A stretch of 55,712 nt of DNA from a virus (Duplodnaviria > Caudoviricetes), in the IMG/VR virus record IMGVR_UViG_3300040807_003706, positions 1-55,712 of that record. The stretch is one strand, 5' to 3'. Of this stretch, positions 37,281 to 44,887 are shown piece by piece; the first letter of the stretch is position 1, and each line of letters opens with the position of its first letter. A model generated the notes under the pieces. The model was not told the origin of the DNA, did no database searches, and saw nothing but the letters and a program-made list of their open reading frames with translations. Position numbers and translations under genes: made by a program.

Positions 37281-37801
37281 TTGCCGTCGAAATAAGCCAT
37301 AACCTCGTCCCAGTGGACAGGCGCAAACCCGTGGTTTTCTACACAGCAATTGAAATACCTTCGATCTAGGCTCCCATCAGGGAGCCGCACGTTATGACAA
37401 TGTAGATGACCGTGAATGTTACCCCTAAAACGCCGTTCAAACAGTTCGGGGTGCAATGGAATGTGACTCAGCATGAATTCATGATGATAAAAACACCCCC
37501 TCACGTCATCAAAATACTGTGCATAATCTGACAGCTTGTAGATGTCATGATTGCCACGCACCAACACCTTGCGTCCGTTCAAACGCTCCAATACTTTTAG
37601 GCCTCTACGTGGAATGGCCACGTCGCCCAAGTGGTAAATCCTGTCCTTGGGCTTGACCACGGCATTCCACTTTTCCACCATTGCTTCGTCCGCTTTTTCT
37701 GCATTGGGAAACGGACGTAGCTTCTCACCATCAGGCCGCAGGAACGTACAGGCCTTTTCATGGCCAAAGTGCGTGTCTGAGATGAGCCAGCAATTGATCA
37801 T
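37277..37801 (-). CDS. Calcineurin-like metallophosphoesterase
   Basis: SDTHFGH, HLGD, GNHD, SHIP and HGHLH motifs. Confidence 0.9.
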   Translation of the reverse strand: MINCWLISDTHFGHEKACTFLRPDGEKLRPFPNAEKADEAMVEKWNAVVKPKDRIYHLGDVAIPRRGLKVLERLNGRKVLVRGNHDIYKLSDYAQYFDDVRGCFYHHEFMLSHIPLHPELFERRFRGNIHGHLHCHNVRLPDGSLDRRYFNCCVENHGFAPVHWDEVMAYFDGK

Positions 37802-37815
37802 GGCCCAATATTAAA

Positions 37816-37906
37816 AGAGAGAGCAGGGAATTGCACCCTGCTCTTCTGGGCTATCTGCCCAGCGCTGTCTTAGCCTCCCCAGCCCGATGCAAGCAGAGCG
37901 GGAACT
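37816..37906 (-). ncRNA. tRNA-like/structured RNA element
   Basis: Minus strand has T-arm CAGGG-TGCAATT-CCCTG, arm CTGGG-CAGATAG-CCCAG, a mini D-arm and GGGGAG/CTCTCT closure. Confidence 0.4.
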
Positions 37907-37909
37907 TCG

Positions 37910-38590
37910 TCAGTCTACCAGTTTTCTCAAAATACGCGCCGTCCATCCCTTGTAACCATTTGCTTTGCCATGCGCAGTTGCAGACATGTGCGCTTGGTGA
38001 AGACCGTGCTCTTTGCAAAATGCATTGAGGCTGCAGGTTGTGTAAATTTCCCCCTTCGGATCAACTATTTCATACTCGTACTTTACCTTGCCCTGGGAAA
38101 TTCGCTGCTTTGTTTCCCTTGTATGAGGCTTTCGTTTCCTACCTGTTCTCGTGCGAGACATTTTTTCTTTTGTCTCTTGCGAGTGCCTAAAACCAAGTCT
38201 GGCTTTAGTAACTCTTTCAACTACATCGGGCGGGCGTTTTCGCCCCGTCAATGACTGTGCAATCTTTTCCTTCGCAGTCTCTGACATCATTAAACCAGAA
38301 GAGCCCTCTCCTCCGTCGGTGAGATTCCGCAACATACCACTACCATTGTCAATGCGGCCATACAGGGAAATCGCGTATTTCTCAAGATTAAATGCATCTT
38401 GCTCCGTCATTCCTTCCTGCAGAAACACAATAAAGGATTTGTCAACTGGAGCAGGCGCTGATCTTTTGCTACTAAAAGCTCGACTTCCACATCCCTTTCC
38501 AATGTAATAAGGAGAGTACCTTGGGCCACTATCGCTATCACGACTCCTTAGGTACGCATAAACGTAGTAATTGCTCTCCTTGGCGCTCAT
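37910..38590 (-). CDS. GIY-YIG homing endonuclease with NUMOD3 repeats
   Basis: YYVYAY...PYYIGKG, NLTDGGEG, repeats SETAKEKIA / HSQETKEKMS / HTRETKQRIS; start ATG 38590. Confidence 0.85.
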   Translation of the reverse strand: MSAKESNYYVYAYLRSRDSDSGPRYSPYYIGKGCGSRAFSSKRSAPAPVDKSFIVFLQEGMTEQDAFNLEKYAISLYGRIDNGSGMLRNLTDGGEGSSGLMMSETAKEKIAQSLTGRKRPPDVVERVTKARLGFRHSQETKEKMSRTRTGRKRKPHTRETKQRISQGKVKYEYEIVDPKGEIYTTCSLNAFCKEHGLHQAHMSATAHGKANGYKGWTARILRKLVD

Positions 38591-38630
38591 CGGTTCAATG
38601 TATATCCGCCTACTGTAGCACTTTGCAACA

Positions 38631-38656
38631 AAAAAGGCGCCCTGAGGCGCCTTTTT
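38631..38656 (-). terminator. Terminator after RNR beta
   Basis: AAAAAGGCGCC-CTGA-GGCGCCTTTTT. Confidence 0.75.
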
Positions 38657-38658
38657 GC

Positions 38659-39390
38659 TCAAGCGTTTCCGTAATTCGGCAAGTTGAGCGCATTCGTTTC
38701 AAAGAACGCTGGCACCGATGACGCTCTCGTGGCATTTAACTCAGGAGCCTTGCCGCTATAAAAAAGGCTATCGCTTTGACGAAGCCAGAAATCTTTGTCC
38801 AGATACTTATTAGAAGAACTGCCGAGCTTGTCGTAAATCCAAAGCGCGGTCATTTTGCGCAGCTTGTTCAGGCTCTCTCCATACTTCTCATTTGCTTCTT
38901 CACAAATTTTTGTGTGGCAAAAAGCATGGCAGATTTCGTCCCTCGAAATGTCGGTTGCAACAGTGCGCAGTCCTTTGTCTCCATTAAAACGGAAAAAGGG
39001 CAAAATTGTAAAGAACAAGCTGCGCTCTAGCGTTGCCACTTTGGCAATGGGATGGGCAGGATGATCGTACCAAGCTTGGCGAATGCGCAAAGCCTCCGCC
39101 TCAGCCTTCTCATCCACTCCGTGCGCGGCAGCTACATAATTCAATGCAAGATCATGTTTTTCCTCATCAAGGATATTGCTGTGAATGCTCTCAATGAGAC
39201 CAGGGGAGTCTGGAAGGTCCCTCTCGAGCCCCTCCAAAAGCATATCCTTGACGGGAAGCTCTAGGTGGCGGATGGCAAGAGCGCGAAGAATTGTTTCTTC
39301 GGAACCAGGCACAAGCTCCCCTTGTGTTACAGGCATTGCTTGCCACGGACGCTTTTTGGCCACCGCAGAAAAATAATCAAGAACCGCCAT
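38659..39390 (-). CDS. nrdB: Ribonucleotide reductase beta subunit (small ferritin-like, cyanophage type)
   Basis: ELPV, DEEKHD, LERSLFF and DEICH diiron-type ExxH motifs; adjacent to alpha. Confidence 0.75.
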   Translation of the reverse strand: MAVLDYFSAVAKKRPWQAMPVTQGELVPGSEETILRALAIRHLELPVKDMLLEGLERDLPDSPGLIESIHSNILDEEKHDLALNYVAAAHGVDEKAEAEALRIRQAWYDHPAHPIAKVATLERSLFFTILPFFRFNGDKGLRTVATDISRDEICHAFCHTKICEEANEKYGESLNKLRKMTALWIYDKLGSSSNKYLDKDFWLRQSDSLFYSGKAPELNATRASSVPAFFETNALNLPNYGNA

Positions 39391-39466
39391 GATTTGCTAT
39401 TTGCGAATAGGGAATAGACAGCAAAGGGCAGCCAATGCTGCCCCGAATTAAACAGAAAGACAAGGA

Positions 39467-40882
39467 TCACTCAGCACAACTGCTACAAAATCCCGCCTCT
39501 AAAGAGCAAGCTTCTAGCTCGCCATCCAGACCAAAGAAATCGGTCAGACTCTCCCCTAATTCTACTCCAACATCATCTTTGGCCTGAGTGCCAGTTTGTA
39601 CTTGCAGTGCATAATACAGCGATGTTTGAGGACTCTCAAGCCAGTCACGAAGAAAAGCTTCGTCGCATGCAACAAGATCTGACCACCAGTTCATGGAGTA
39701 AGCATGAAGAAGGCCAGTGCGTTCCATTAGACGCATAATGCCATCCGCCACTTTCCTAAATGCTTCCCAACCCACCTCCTCGGCAATTTCCACGGGCCCA
39801 TATTCAAATCGCTCTACTCCCATAGTCTCGCTATCGCGATCAACAACGCGATCAATGGGAGGCGCAATCTCTGGGGCAGTTGTAAAGCCGCGAGTATCGA
39901 GATATCGATAAGAACACGATGCAGTGGGGGCAATTGTAAACGCACGCTTCATGCCAAAACTGCGCGCGACATCAGCAGCGTCATCAATTGCGCTTGCCAA
40001 TGCATCAATTGCCTTGCCAGTCGTGTCAAGCTGCCGACTACCAAAAGATAGGTAGTTATCTAGTGCATCGCCGAAATCCTTGTAGGTGATTCCATGGATG
40101 GAAAGAAAATTGGCAAGACCAAGCATGCCAAGACCTACCTGCTTGTCGATTTCAGGAGAAAGATATTCGCCAGTTTCTCCCACACCAGTGCGTCCATGCA
40201 GTTCACATAGTTCTTTCATTCCAGCAACAAAAGCACTCTCAAGATTCTCAATGGAGCATGCCCCAAGATTGATATGCTCAAGAAGGCAAGTACCTCGATG
40301 GGGAATCAAAATTTCCAAACATACGTTGGCGTAAATTCGATTGCCATCGGCATCATGCTTAATTTTTGTAAGCCACAGATCCCCATTGGCAATGGCCTTC
40401 AAAGATGCCGCAATTAACTCGGGCGATGCTTTTTCTAGAAAATTGCTGTCGACGTTAAGGCAACGCTTGGCCCACGGCAATTCGGCGCGCGATGCTTTTA
40501 CAAAATCAATGGCATCGGGATGGAAATAATCGAGATGCAACGTAATTGCGCCATTGCGAAATTTGCCACCACGTCGAAGAATTTCGTTTAATTTGCTGTA
40601 AATAGTGGCAAAACTTACTGGGCCACTGGCAATCAGCCCTTTTCCGTTGTCGCTGCCTTTTGGGCGCAGCTTGGAAAGATGCACTGCCACGCCAGCAGCA
40701 TTCCTCAGGCCGTGACTTACAAAGCGCCAAGATGCCTCAATACCGTCCGACGCCTCCATATCATCCTCTACTACGAATGTTGTACACGAAACTGGCAAAC
40801 GGCTTTCAGGACTATCCATCCAATCCTGCACACGTCCAGTGCGTGCAATTGGCTCACATTTTGCTTTTTGCTTAAATCCCAT
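39467..40882 (-). CDS. nrdA: Ribonucleotide reductase alpha subunit (short cyanophage type)
   Basis: PVSC, NVCLE finger loop, IAPTASCS, SLYY tyrosine pair, C-terminal CSSCAE. Confidence 0.88.
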   Translation of the reverse strand: MGFKQKAKCEPIARTGRVQDWMDSPESRLPVSCTTFVVEDDMEASDGIEASWRFVSHGLRNAAGVAVHLSKLRPKGSDNGKGLIASGPVSFATIYSKLNEILRRGGKFRNGAITLHLDYFHPDAIDFVKASRAELPWAKRCLNVDSNFLEKASPELIAASLKAIANGDLWLTKIKHDADGNRIYANVCLEILIPHRGTCLLEHINLGACSIENLESAFVAGMKELCELHGRTGVGETGEYLSPEIDKQVGLGMLGLANFLSIHGITYKDFGDALDNYLSFGSRQLDTTGKAIDALASAIDDAADVARSFGMKRAFTIAPTASCSYRYLDTRGFTTAPEIAPPIDRVVDRDSETMGVERFEYGPVEIAEEVGWEAFRKVADGIMRLMERTGLLHAYSMNWWSDLVACDEAFLRDWLESPQTSLYYALQVQTGTQAKDDVGVELGESLTDFFGLDGELEACSLEAGFCSSCAE

Positions 40883-40942
40883 GAGACGACAAAGCCCCGC
40901 CTAGCGGGGCGCGATCAACACGAGACAGGCTAGCGCAGGCTT

Positions 40943-41131
40943 TTAATCACACAGCATTTCAGGATCCTCAATCGACTGCCTGTCCTTTGCAAAGAGCATG
41001 GCTTCGCTCTTACTGCGGAAGTAATAAGGCTTGCCTTCGTAGGCGATGAACCACGTATAGCCAGGGCGACTATGGGCGGGCCATAGCTTGATTGAGCCAA
41101 CCATGAAAGGCTCCGGCAGATCGTCCCACAT
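40943..41131 (-). CDS. Small hypothetical protein
   Basis: ORF track 62 aa, aromatic-rich, plausible composition. Confidence 0.6.
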   Translation of the reverse strand: MWDDLPEPFMVGSIKLWPAHSRPGYTWFIAYEGKPYYFRSKSEAMLFAKDRQSIEDPEMLCD

Positions 41132-41210
41132 GGCATTCTCCGCTGTATCTCTTCACGCTAAAGAGAGAATAATGGGAGGGAAGTAGTCAATAACACAATG
41201 TGCGAAAGCA

Positions 41211-41912
41211 TTAACTAAGTCTTAAGCTTTTCGCGCTTTTTCTTGGCTTCGCTTCTGCGTGATCAAGCTCCGCATTCTCTAGCTCCAACTTGCCCTCTTC
41301 TGTGACAGAAAATGTCTTGTCCTTCCTCTTTGTAATAAGCTTCTCCTCTTCTAAGTCCATCAACTGGTTGTAAATAGTTTTCGCTTTGTAGATGTCACGA
41401 TTTGCTTCGTGATGAATGATGGCATTCGATGTGACGAAATAATCGCACGTATCAAGATCATCAATGGCCCAAAGCGTATAGAGCCTTGCATTCTTGATAA
41501 ACCCTGGGATGCGCTGCTCCTGCTTCATCGTCTCTAGCAGCACAGAAGTGTTTTGCCTCATGGGCACCCATTTCACGTCGTCTTCAATGCCCTTGCCAAA
41601 TTTCACCTTGGCTTCAAGCGTTTGACAGGGTGCTTCCTCCTGCAAATACCTCTTGATCGCTGCAGACAGGCGAAACCACTCTCTCCTCTCTCTTGCCGCA
41701 TCGAAACGATCATGCAAATCCTTCTCCATTTCACGCGGAGCCTGAAAAATCTTCAGCACCACCAGCGTGTCCGCTGAACAAGTGAGAAACGATGCAAAAC
41801 GGTCTTGTGGCGATGTGGTGAAGCCGATTTTGACCATCCACGGCATCGACGACCATTGCACGAAATACACCCATCCGTCATTTTTGCGCTGCAAAGGCTT
41901 CTGCTTGACCAT
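41211..41912 (-). CDS. T5orf172/MUG113 (GIY-YIG-like) protein with C-terminal winged helix
   Basis: VYFVQ..VKIGFT..P..R...E..LH.RF......EWF; C-terminal L..LEE..LI.....F.VTEEG. Confidence 0.7.
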   Translation of the reverse strand: MVKQKPLQRKNDGWVYFVQWSSMPWMVKIGFTTSPQDRFASFLTCSADTLVVLKIFQAPREMEKDLHDRFDAARERREWFRLSAAIKRYLQEEAPCQTLEAKVKFGKGIEDDVKWVPMRQNTSVLLETMKQEQRIPGFIKNARLYTLWAIDDLDTCDYFVTSNAIIHHEANRDIYKAKTIYNQLMDLEEEKLITKRKDKTFSVTEEGKLELENAELDHAEAKPRKSAKSLRLS

Positions 41913-42434
41913 GGAAACGAGCCCAACTCTCCGCACTATACCTGGATCGGGAGTAAAAGGACAGAAACAGCTCCTTTCAGCTTACGTTATGCTGGATGCA
42001 TAGTGCAACGCCTGCCTTCTAACAGGCGACACTGACGAGCGACGCCTCACCAGTGATTCAGCACTAAGCGAGGGGCCGCCCCAAGCGGCCAACGAGCGCT
42101 CTAGAGCAACCAAAAGCTCTCGACGCCAAAGCCCCTCGCAAGCCTTCTAGGACTGGCAAATGTCCTTCCAGCCCTGAGACGCCGCCCTAAAAGCGGCGTC
42201 GCTCCAGGACGCCTGGTAAATGCAAGGGGAAAATGCGTGCAACTGCGCGGGTGAAGCAAAAACACACGTAAACAATGGCTTTCGGCACAAAAAGGCGCCC
42301 TCTTAGGGGCGCCTTTGTTCTGGAACAACAGCCAAAGAAACGATGGAGGGGAATGGTTGTTTCTCAATGCCTTCGGCGAGTTCTTGACCGGAAAAGCTTT
42401 TTTGAAAATCGTCTGTAACATTTATTCACAGGTG

Positions 42435-42479
42435 ATTCAGAAGGGCACGATGCCCTGCGCATCGTTCAGTATCTCATCG
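42435..42479 (+). repeat. Upstream copy of the two-motif repeat unit
   Basis: ATTCA-GAAGG-GCACGA-TGCCCT-GCGCATC-GTTCA-GTATC-TCATCG; motifs 29 nt apart, as in the downstream array. Confidence 0.55.
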
Positions 42480-42515
42480 CCTTAACCATGGATACTTTCT
42501 ATCTTCTTCTCGAAA

Positions 42516-43523
42516 ATGTCTTTGTACATAGTCGATTTTGGTAGCCTCTTTTGGCACATTCTCAGCGTGCAAACAGGCACCATCACACAACTCTCTCCTG
42601 AACAGTTCCGTACACTTGCTTGGCTCCCCAATGGAGCCAAGCTCATCTGCGAAGCTGCTCACCTCGGCACACCACGCACTGATTTCAGCCTTGCACAGGT
42701 GTACACCGAACAAGAGCTCCTCTCTCTATACGCTGCGCTCACAGCTAAGGGCTGTGAGCTGCGCTTGTTCCCACAAGGCATCACGGCTAAAGCCAGAGCA
42801 ATGGCGGGGATTAATGATAAAAGTGATAAAGGCGATCTTCTCGCTATTGCTTACTACGTCCAAAAATTTCCCAACACGCCCCTTAAGCGCCCTCCTACAT
42901 CGTTCGTCACTGAACGTCGCGTAGAAGCTGGCTGGACGTTCAAAAAAGAAAACGATGGCATCCTCAATGTGGCCCGTCGTTTCAAATATTTTCGCCACGA
43001 TGACTACGTGGCATTGTTCGTCGAACGTAATTTCGACGAACTAGCCTCGCGCTTGTCAAACAATGCAAAGGAATTTGTCCATTTGTCCGACGACTATCGT
43101 TCCAGAAAAAAAGGCAAAAGCTGGAATCAAGACAGCACGCGCAAATCACGCATCTACACGCTTGCCGCATTGTTCCTGCATCCTGATGGCTACGCCCGCA
43201 GACGCCCTGACACTGGCACACTGCCAGGCATTAATTGGCTAAAGCGCTATGTGCTTCATTTCAGCCCTTTCCATTTCAAGGGCGGCATTGCACGCTCCAA
43301 TTTGAAATGGCATGCTTTCCGCAATGAAGCCATTAACGCCCTCGGCACTCGCAAGGCATCGTCAAAAGGCAAAGTGCTCTCGCATTACGATTTCAACGAT
43401 GACCAGCACGAGCAATTCCGTCAATGCCGGAAGGAATTCATGGGAGCCGTCACGGAAACCATGCAAACCATTCGCGATATGGTGCAGGAAAAGCTTGAAA
43501 ATGGAGAGCTTGTCCTCAAATAG
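42516..43523 (+). CDS. IS110-like DEDD/RuvC-fold protein (candidate RNA-guided nuclease)
   Basis: YIVDFG (D1), LICEAAH (E), KSDKGDLLAIA (cf. IS110 KTDxxDAxxIA); C-terminal LKRYVLHFSPFHFKGG resembles the IS110 L..Y.GL.P...SG region without the Ser. Confidence 0.65.
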   Translation: MSLYIVDFGSLFWHILSVQTGTITQLSPEQFRTLAWLPNGAKLICEAAHLGTPRTDFSLAQVYTEQELLSLYAALTAKGCELRLFPQGITAKARAMAGINDKSDKGDLLAIAYYVQKFPNTPLKRPPTSFVTERRVEAGWTFKKENDGILNVARRFKYFRHDDYVALFVERNFDELASRLSNNAKEFVHLSDDYRSRKKGKSWNQDSTRKSRIYTLAALFLHPDGYARRRPDTGTLPGINWLKRYVLHFSPFHFKGGIARSNLKWHAFRNEAINALGTRKASSKGKVLSHYDFNDDQHEQFRQCRKEFMGAVTETMQTIRDMVQEKLENGELVLK

Positions 43524-43539
43524 GCAGCTATGATATGGG

Positions 43540-43739
43540 CACGCTTCCTTCATTCTGCCATGATTCTTCGCGCATCATTCAGTTCATCAGGAAGCTGCCT
43601 TCCTTTTGCTAACGCTTCATTCAGGTGGTCATAACGACACGCTCGTTATTCAACGCCTCATGAAGCCATAGCTCAACATTGCGCATCGCCTCTTTCAATC
43701 TGTCATAACGCTAACCACGCGCTATTCATCCCATCAAGA
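43540..43739 (+). repeat. Degenerate array of six TTCA-N5-YCA motifs in three pairs
   Basis: Motif starts 43548, 43577, 43619, 43648, 43693, 43724 (spacing 29, 42, 29, 45, 31); each preceded by CGC. Confidence 0.7.
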
Positions 43740-43812
43740 GGCATGCACATATGCATTAAGGAAAATAGTTGATGAAAAATGGCGCCGTTTCTGGCAAGGG
43801 TATGCCCACGCC

Positions 43813-43858
43813 GAGAATGAGAATCATTCCCGCTACCGCGCTGTAGTACATTTGCACC
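43813..43858. promoter_or_regulatory. Fur-like box and LexA-like box (left flank)
   Basis: GAGAATGAGAATCATTCCC (15/19 to GATAATGATAATCATTATC) at 43813-43831; AGTACATTTGCACC at 43845-43858. Confidence 0.5.
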
Positions 43859-43895
43859 ATCAGCTTTGCTTATGGCAGGCATAGGCAGCGCTTAT

Positions 43896-43968
43896 GTTAC
43901 AGAGTGTGACAATTGGCTCGATCGGCGCCGATTCGCGGTAGACTGAGGCACGAGCGAGAGATCGCTCG
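43896..43968 (+). promoter_or_regulatory. Early promoter module 1 (HLR1-like + -10 + hairpin)
   Basis: GTTACAGA-GT-GTGACAAT, TAGACT at 43939, CGAGCGAGAGATCGCTCG at 43951. Confidence 0.55.
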
Positions 43969-43989
43969 CCCGACCCTCGACAATCCGCC

Positions 43990-44145
43990 ATGGCCTCCCC
44001 CTCGATCGCCGACCTGTTCGCGGCTCAGCTCGCAGAGCTCGAGAAGCGCCACCAGGAGAGCGAGAAGCGCCTCGAGAGAATGATCAGCAGCGTTCGCGGC
44101 ATGATCAGCGAGCTCGAGAGCATCGATTTGGAATCAGAATGCTGA
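43990..44145 (+). CDS. Small acidic coiled-coil protein (51 aa)
   Basis: Manual translation MASPSIADLFAAQLAELEKRHQESEKRLERMISSVRGMISELESIDLESEC; has its own promoter and terminator. Confidence 0.7.
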   Translation: MASPSIADLFAAQLAELEKRHQESEKRLERMISSVRGMISELESIDLESEC

Positions 44146-44153
44146 TCACAACT

Positions 44154-44179
44154 AGGATCCGATACGGATCCTTTTTTTT
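44154..44179 (+). terminator. Intrinsic terminator
   Basis: AGGATCC-GATAC-GGATCCT followed by a T run. Confidence 0.8.
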
Positions 44180-44188
44180 GGCCCGCAC

Positions 44189-44256
44189 TGATACGAAATC
44201 GTATCACGACAAGGCGCAATACGAAATCGTATCACGACAAGGCGCAATACGAAATC
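44189..44256. repeat. 28-bp tandem direct repeat (2.4 copies) with internal palindrome
   Basis: ATACGAAATCGTATCACGACAAGGCGCA at 44191 and 44219, partial at 44247. Confidence 0.85.
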
Positions 44257-44257
44257 A

Positions 44258-44281
44258 GTTTTCCACAGGCCTGTGGAAAAC
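44258..44281. promoter_or_regulatory. Inverted pair of DnaA boxes
   Basis: Perfect palindrome GTTTTCCACAGGCCTGTGGAAAAC containing two TTTTCCACA. Confidence 0.65.
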
Positions 44282-44413
44282 GTCGGTGATCCCCCATCTG
44301 GCGTCTATGCGTGTGGCAGCATAGGAAGCCACAGAAAGAAGCCCGCCACCCTACGGGAGGGGAGCGGGCTCTAAGAGATGTCTCTGAGGCCTCAGGAGAG
44401 GCGAGGAATAGGC

Positions 44414-44656
44414 TCAGGGGAGGTAGTTTCGGCCTCTGTTGTATCCGAGCCTGTCGAGCTTTTGGCGGGAGGAGAGGGAGCGAAGGCGAAGGAGCCAGAG
44501 GCCTGGGAGGCGAAGGGAGAGGAGGCCGAGCCATCCTGATTCTCTGGTGTGCCACGAGGAGAAGGAGACTAGGAAGGGGAGGCTAGGGGGAGCGGAGCGG
44601 GAGACGATGAGGAGGGAGCGAGAGGAGCGAGAGGGGAGACGGTAGGAGCGGATCAT
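44414..44656 (-). CDS. Early-region hypothetical protein
   Basis: ATGA-coupled to the upstream gene; L/S/R-rich. Confidence 0.55.
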   Translation of the reverse strand: MIRSYRLPSRSSRSLLIVSRSAPPSLPFLVSFSSWHTRESGWLGLLSLRLPGLWLLRLRSLSSRQKLDRLGYNRGRNYLP

Positions 44657-44883
44657 AAGAGCGCCTCCTCTGCCTCGGTCTCTGCGCAGAGGCGAGCCTC
44701 TGAGAGCTGCTCCTCGAGCTGAGAGATGAGGCTCTGCAGAGTGTAGGAGCGGGAGACGGAGGCCTCCTCGAGCGCGTCATACAGGGAGGAGAGCGCCTCC
44801 TCTGCCTCCTCGAGGGAGGCGAAGGAGGCCAGCTCCTCATCGTGGCCGTAATGGGAGCGAGCTGTGAGAGAGAAGGGAGCCAT
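44653..44883 (-). CDS. Early-region acidic helical protein (76 aa)
   Basis: Start ATG 44883, four nt after the upstream stop; MAPFSLTARSHYGHDEELASFASLEEAEEAL... Confidence 0.65.
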   Translation of the reverse strand: MAPFSLTARSHYGHDEELASFASLEEAEEALSSLYDALEEASVSRSYTLQSLISQLEEQLSEARLCAETEAEEALL

Positions 44884-44887
44884 GGCC

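Noticed and set aside
42101-42421. 106-aa minus-strand ORF
   Set aside because: Runs through hairpin/terminator-like sequence with implausible composition
42516-43523. Ordinary IS110 insertion sequence
   Set aside because: The catalytic SG motif of the C-terminal domain is not evident, there is a single copy, and no element ends are recognisable
43540-43739. CRISPR array
   Set aside because: No identical 23-47 bp repeats, irregular period and no cas genes; kept instead as a non-CRISPR array
44191-44256. Mini-CRISPR
   Set aside because: The repeats are directly adjacent with no spacers
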